Assembly (NCBI GenBank): GCA_013115125.1
Contig: JABANN010000392.1
Span: forward strand, 1 to 33,120
DNA from: Perkinsus olseni
Taxonomy: Eukaryota
Direction of reading: 5' to 3'
Length of the DNA stretch: 33,120 nucleotides
In this document: positions 32,648 to 33,120 of the stretch, piece by piece
How positions within the stretch are numbered: the first letter of the stretch is position 1
Layout: every line of letters begins with the position of its first letter
Made by a program: the position numbers and the translations under genes
Notes under the pieces: generated by a model
Told to the model about the DNA's origin: nothing
The model's input: only the letters and a program-made list of their open reading frames with translations
Databases searched by the model: none

Positions 32648-32754
32648 CGAACCGTGCCGAGGAAAAAACTTCTGAGACACGAGGACAAGGACGAATTGTG
32701 GTACAAGACGGGCTGAGCCCGGCCATAGCAGACGTAACCTGATATGCTGGCGCC

Positions 32755-32891
32755 TAGCTGGCAGGTATCATTGATATTCCGCGAGAAAATCCCACGCCGC
32801 TTCCGAGATGTGTCCCGCTACTGCGCATGAGACATGGAATTACATTTACGTGTACGTCGATCGCGTTCGCCATGGCGATCGGTGGAGACAT
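32755..32891 (-). promoter_or_regulatory. Conserved upstream element shared with ~20729-20867
   Basis: Block AGGTATCAT..TATTCCGCGAG..TGTGTCCCGC.ACTGCGCA.GAGACA.GGAAT..CGTGTACGTC.ATCGCGTTCGCCATG.CGATCGGT sits at the same distance upstream of copies B and C. Confidence 0.6.
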
Positions 32892-33120
32892 ATGGAGCCA
32901 GGAGCTTGTTTGTGCTTGTAGAAAGCCAACTTCAATAACTCAATTGCAAATTAACACTTCGGGAGAACGGTTTCCGATACAGGTTTAGTAACACTGATGC
33001 CCTTAGCAGCGACGAACCACGATACCAGTAAAAGGAATCATGTGAACCGGTGCGACTGATAACAGTGAATCCTGAAAACGGTGAAGAGCGAGAAAATCCT
33101 TACTTGCGATCTTTTGACCC

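Overview
Eukaryotic, gene-dense genomic DNA with many short (mostly ~43-55 nt) GT-AG introns. It most resembles a perkinsid alveolate (Perkinsus-like); this is inferred from intron style and gene families, not from a search. Left to right: (1) a long intronless secreted IPT/TIG-repeat gene running off the left edge, missed by the ORF track; (2) a His/Asp/Trp-rich repeat protein gene divergent from an 11-exon PRPP synthetase with an organelle-targeting extension; (3) a small Myb/telobox-like ORF and tRNA-Ser(AGA); (4) a PH-domain gene with a long acidic tail; (5) a multi-exon hypothetical gene; (6) an accessory zone with three paralogous intronless secreted-protein genes, a TA-flanked MITE, a hairpin array and two decayed hAT-like transposases; (7) a CCDC33-like C2/coiled-coil gene; (8) a frameshifted secreted-protein gene and a degenerate tRNA/SINE-like element. 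The strongest unexplained signal is a recurring class of perfect palindromes centred on a single unpaired base, some overlapping in chains.
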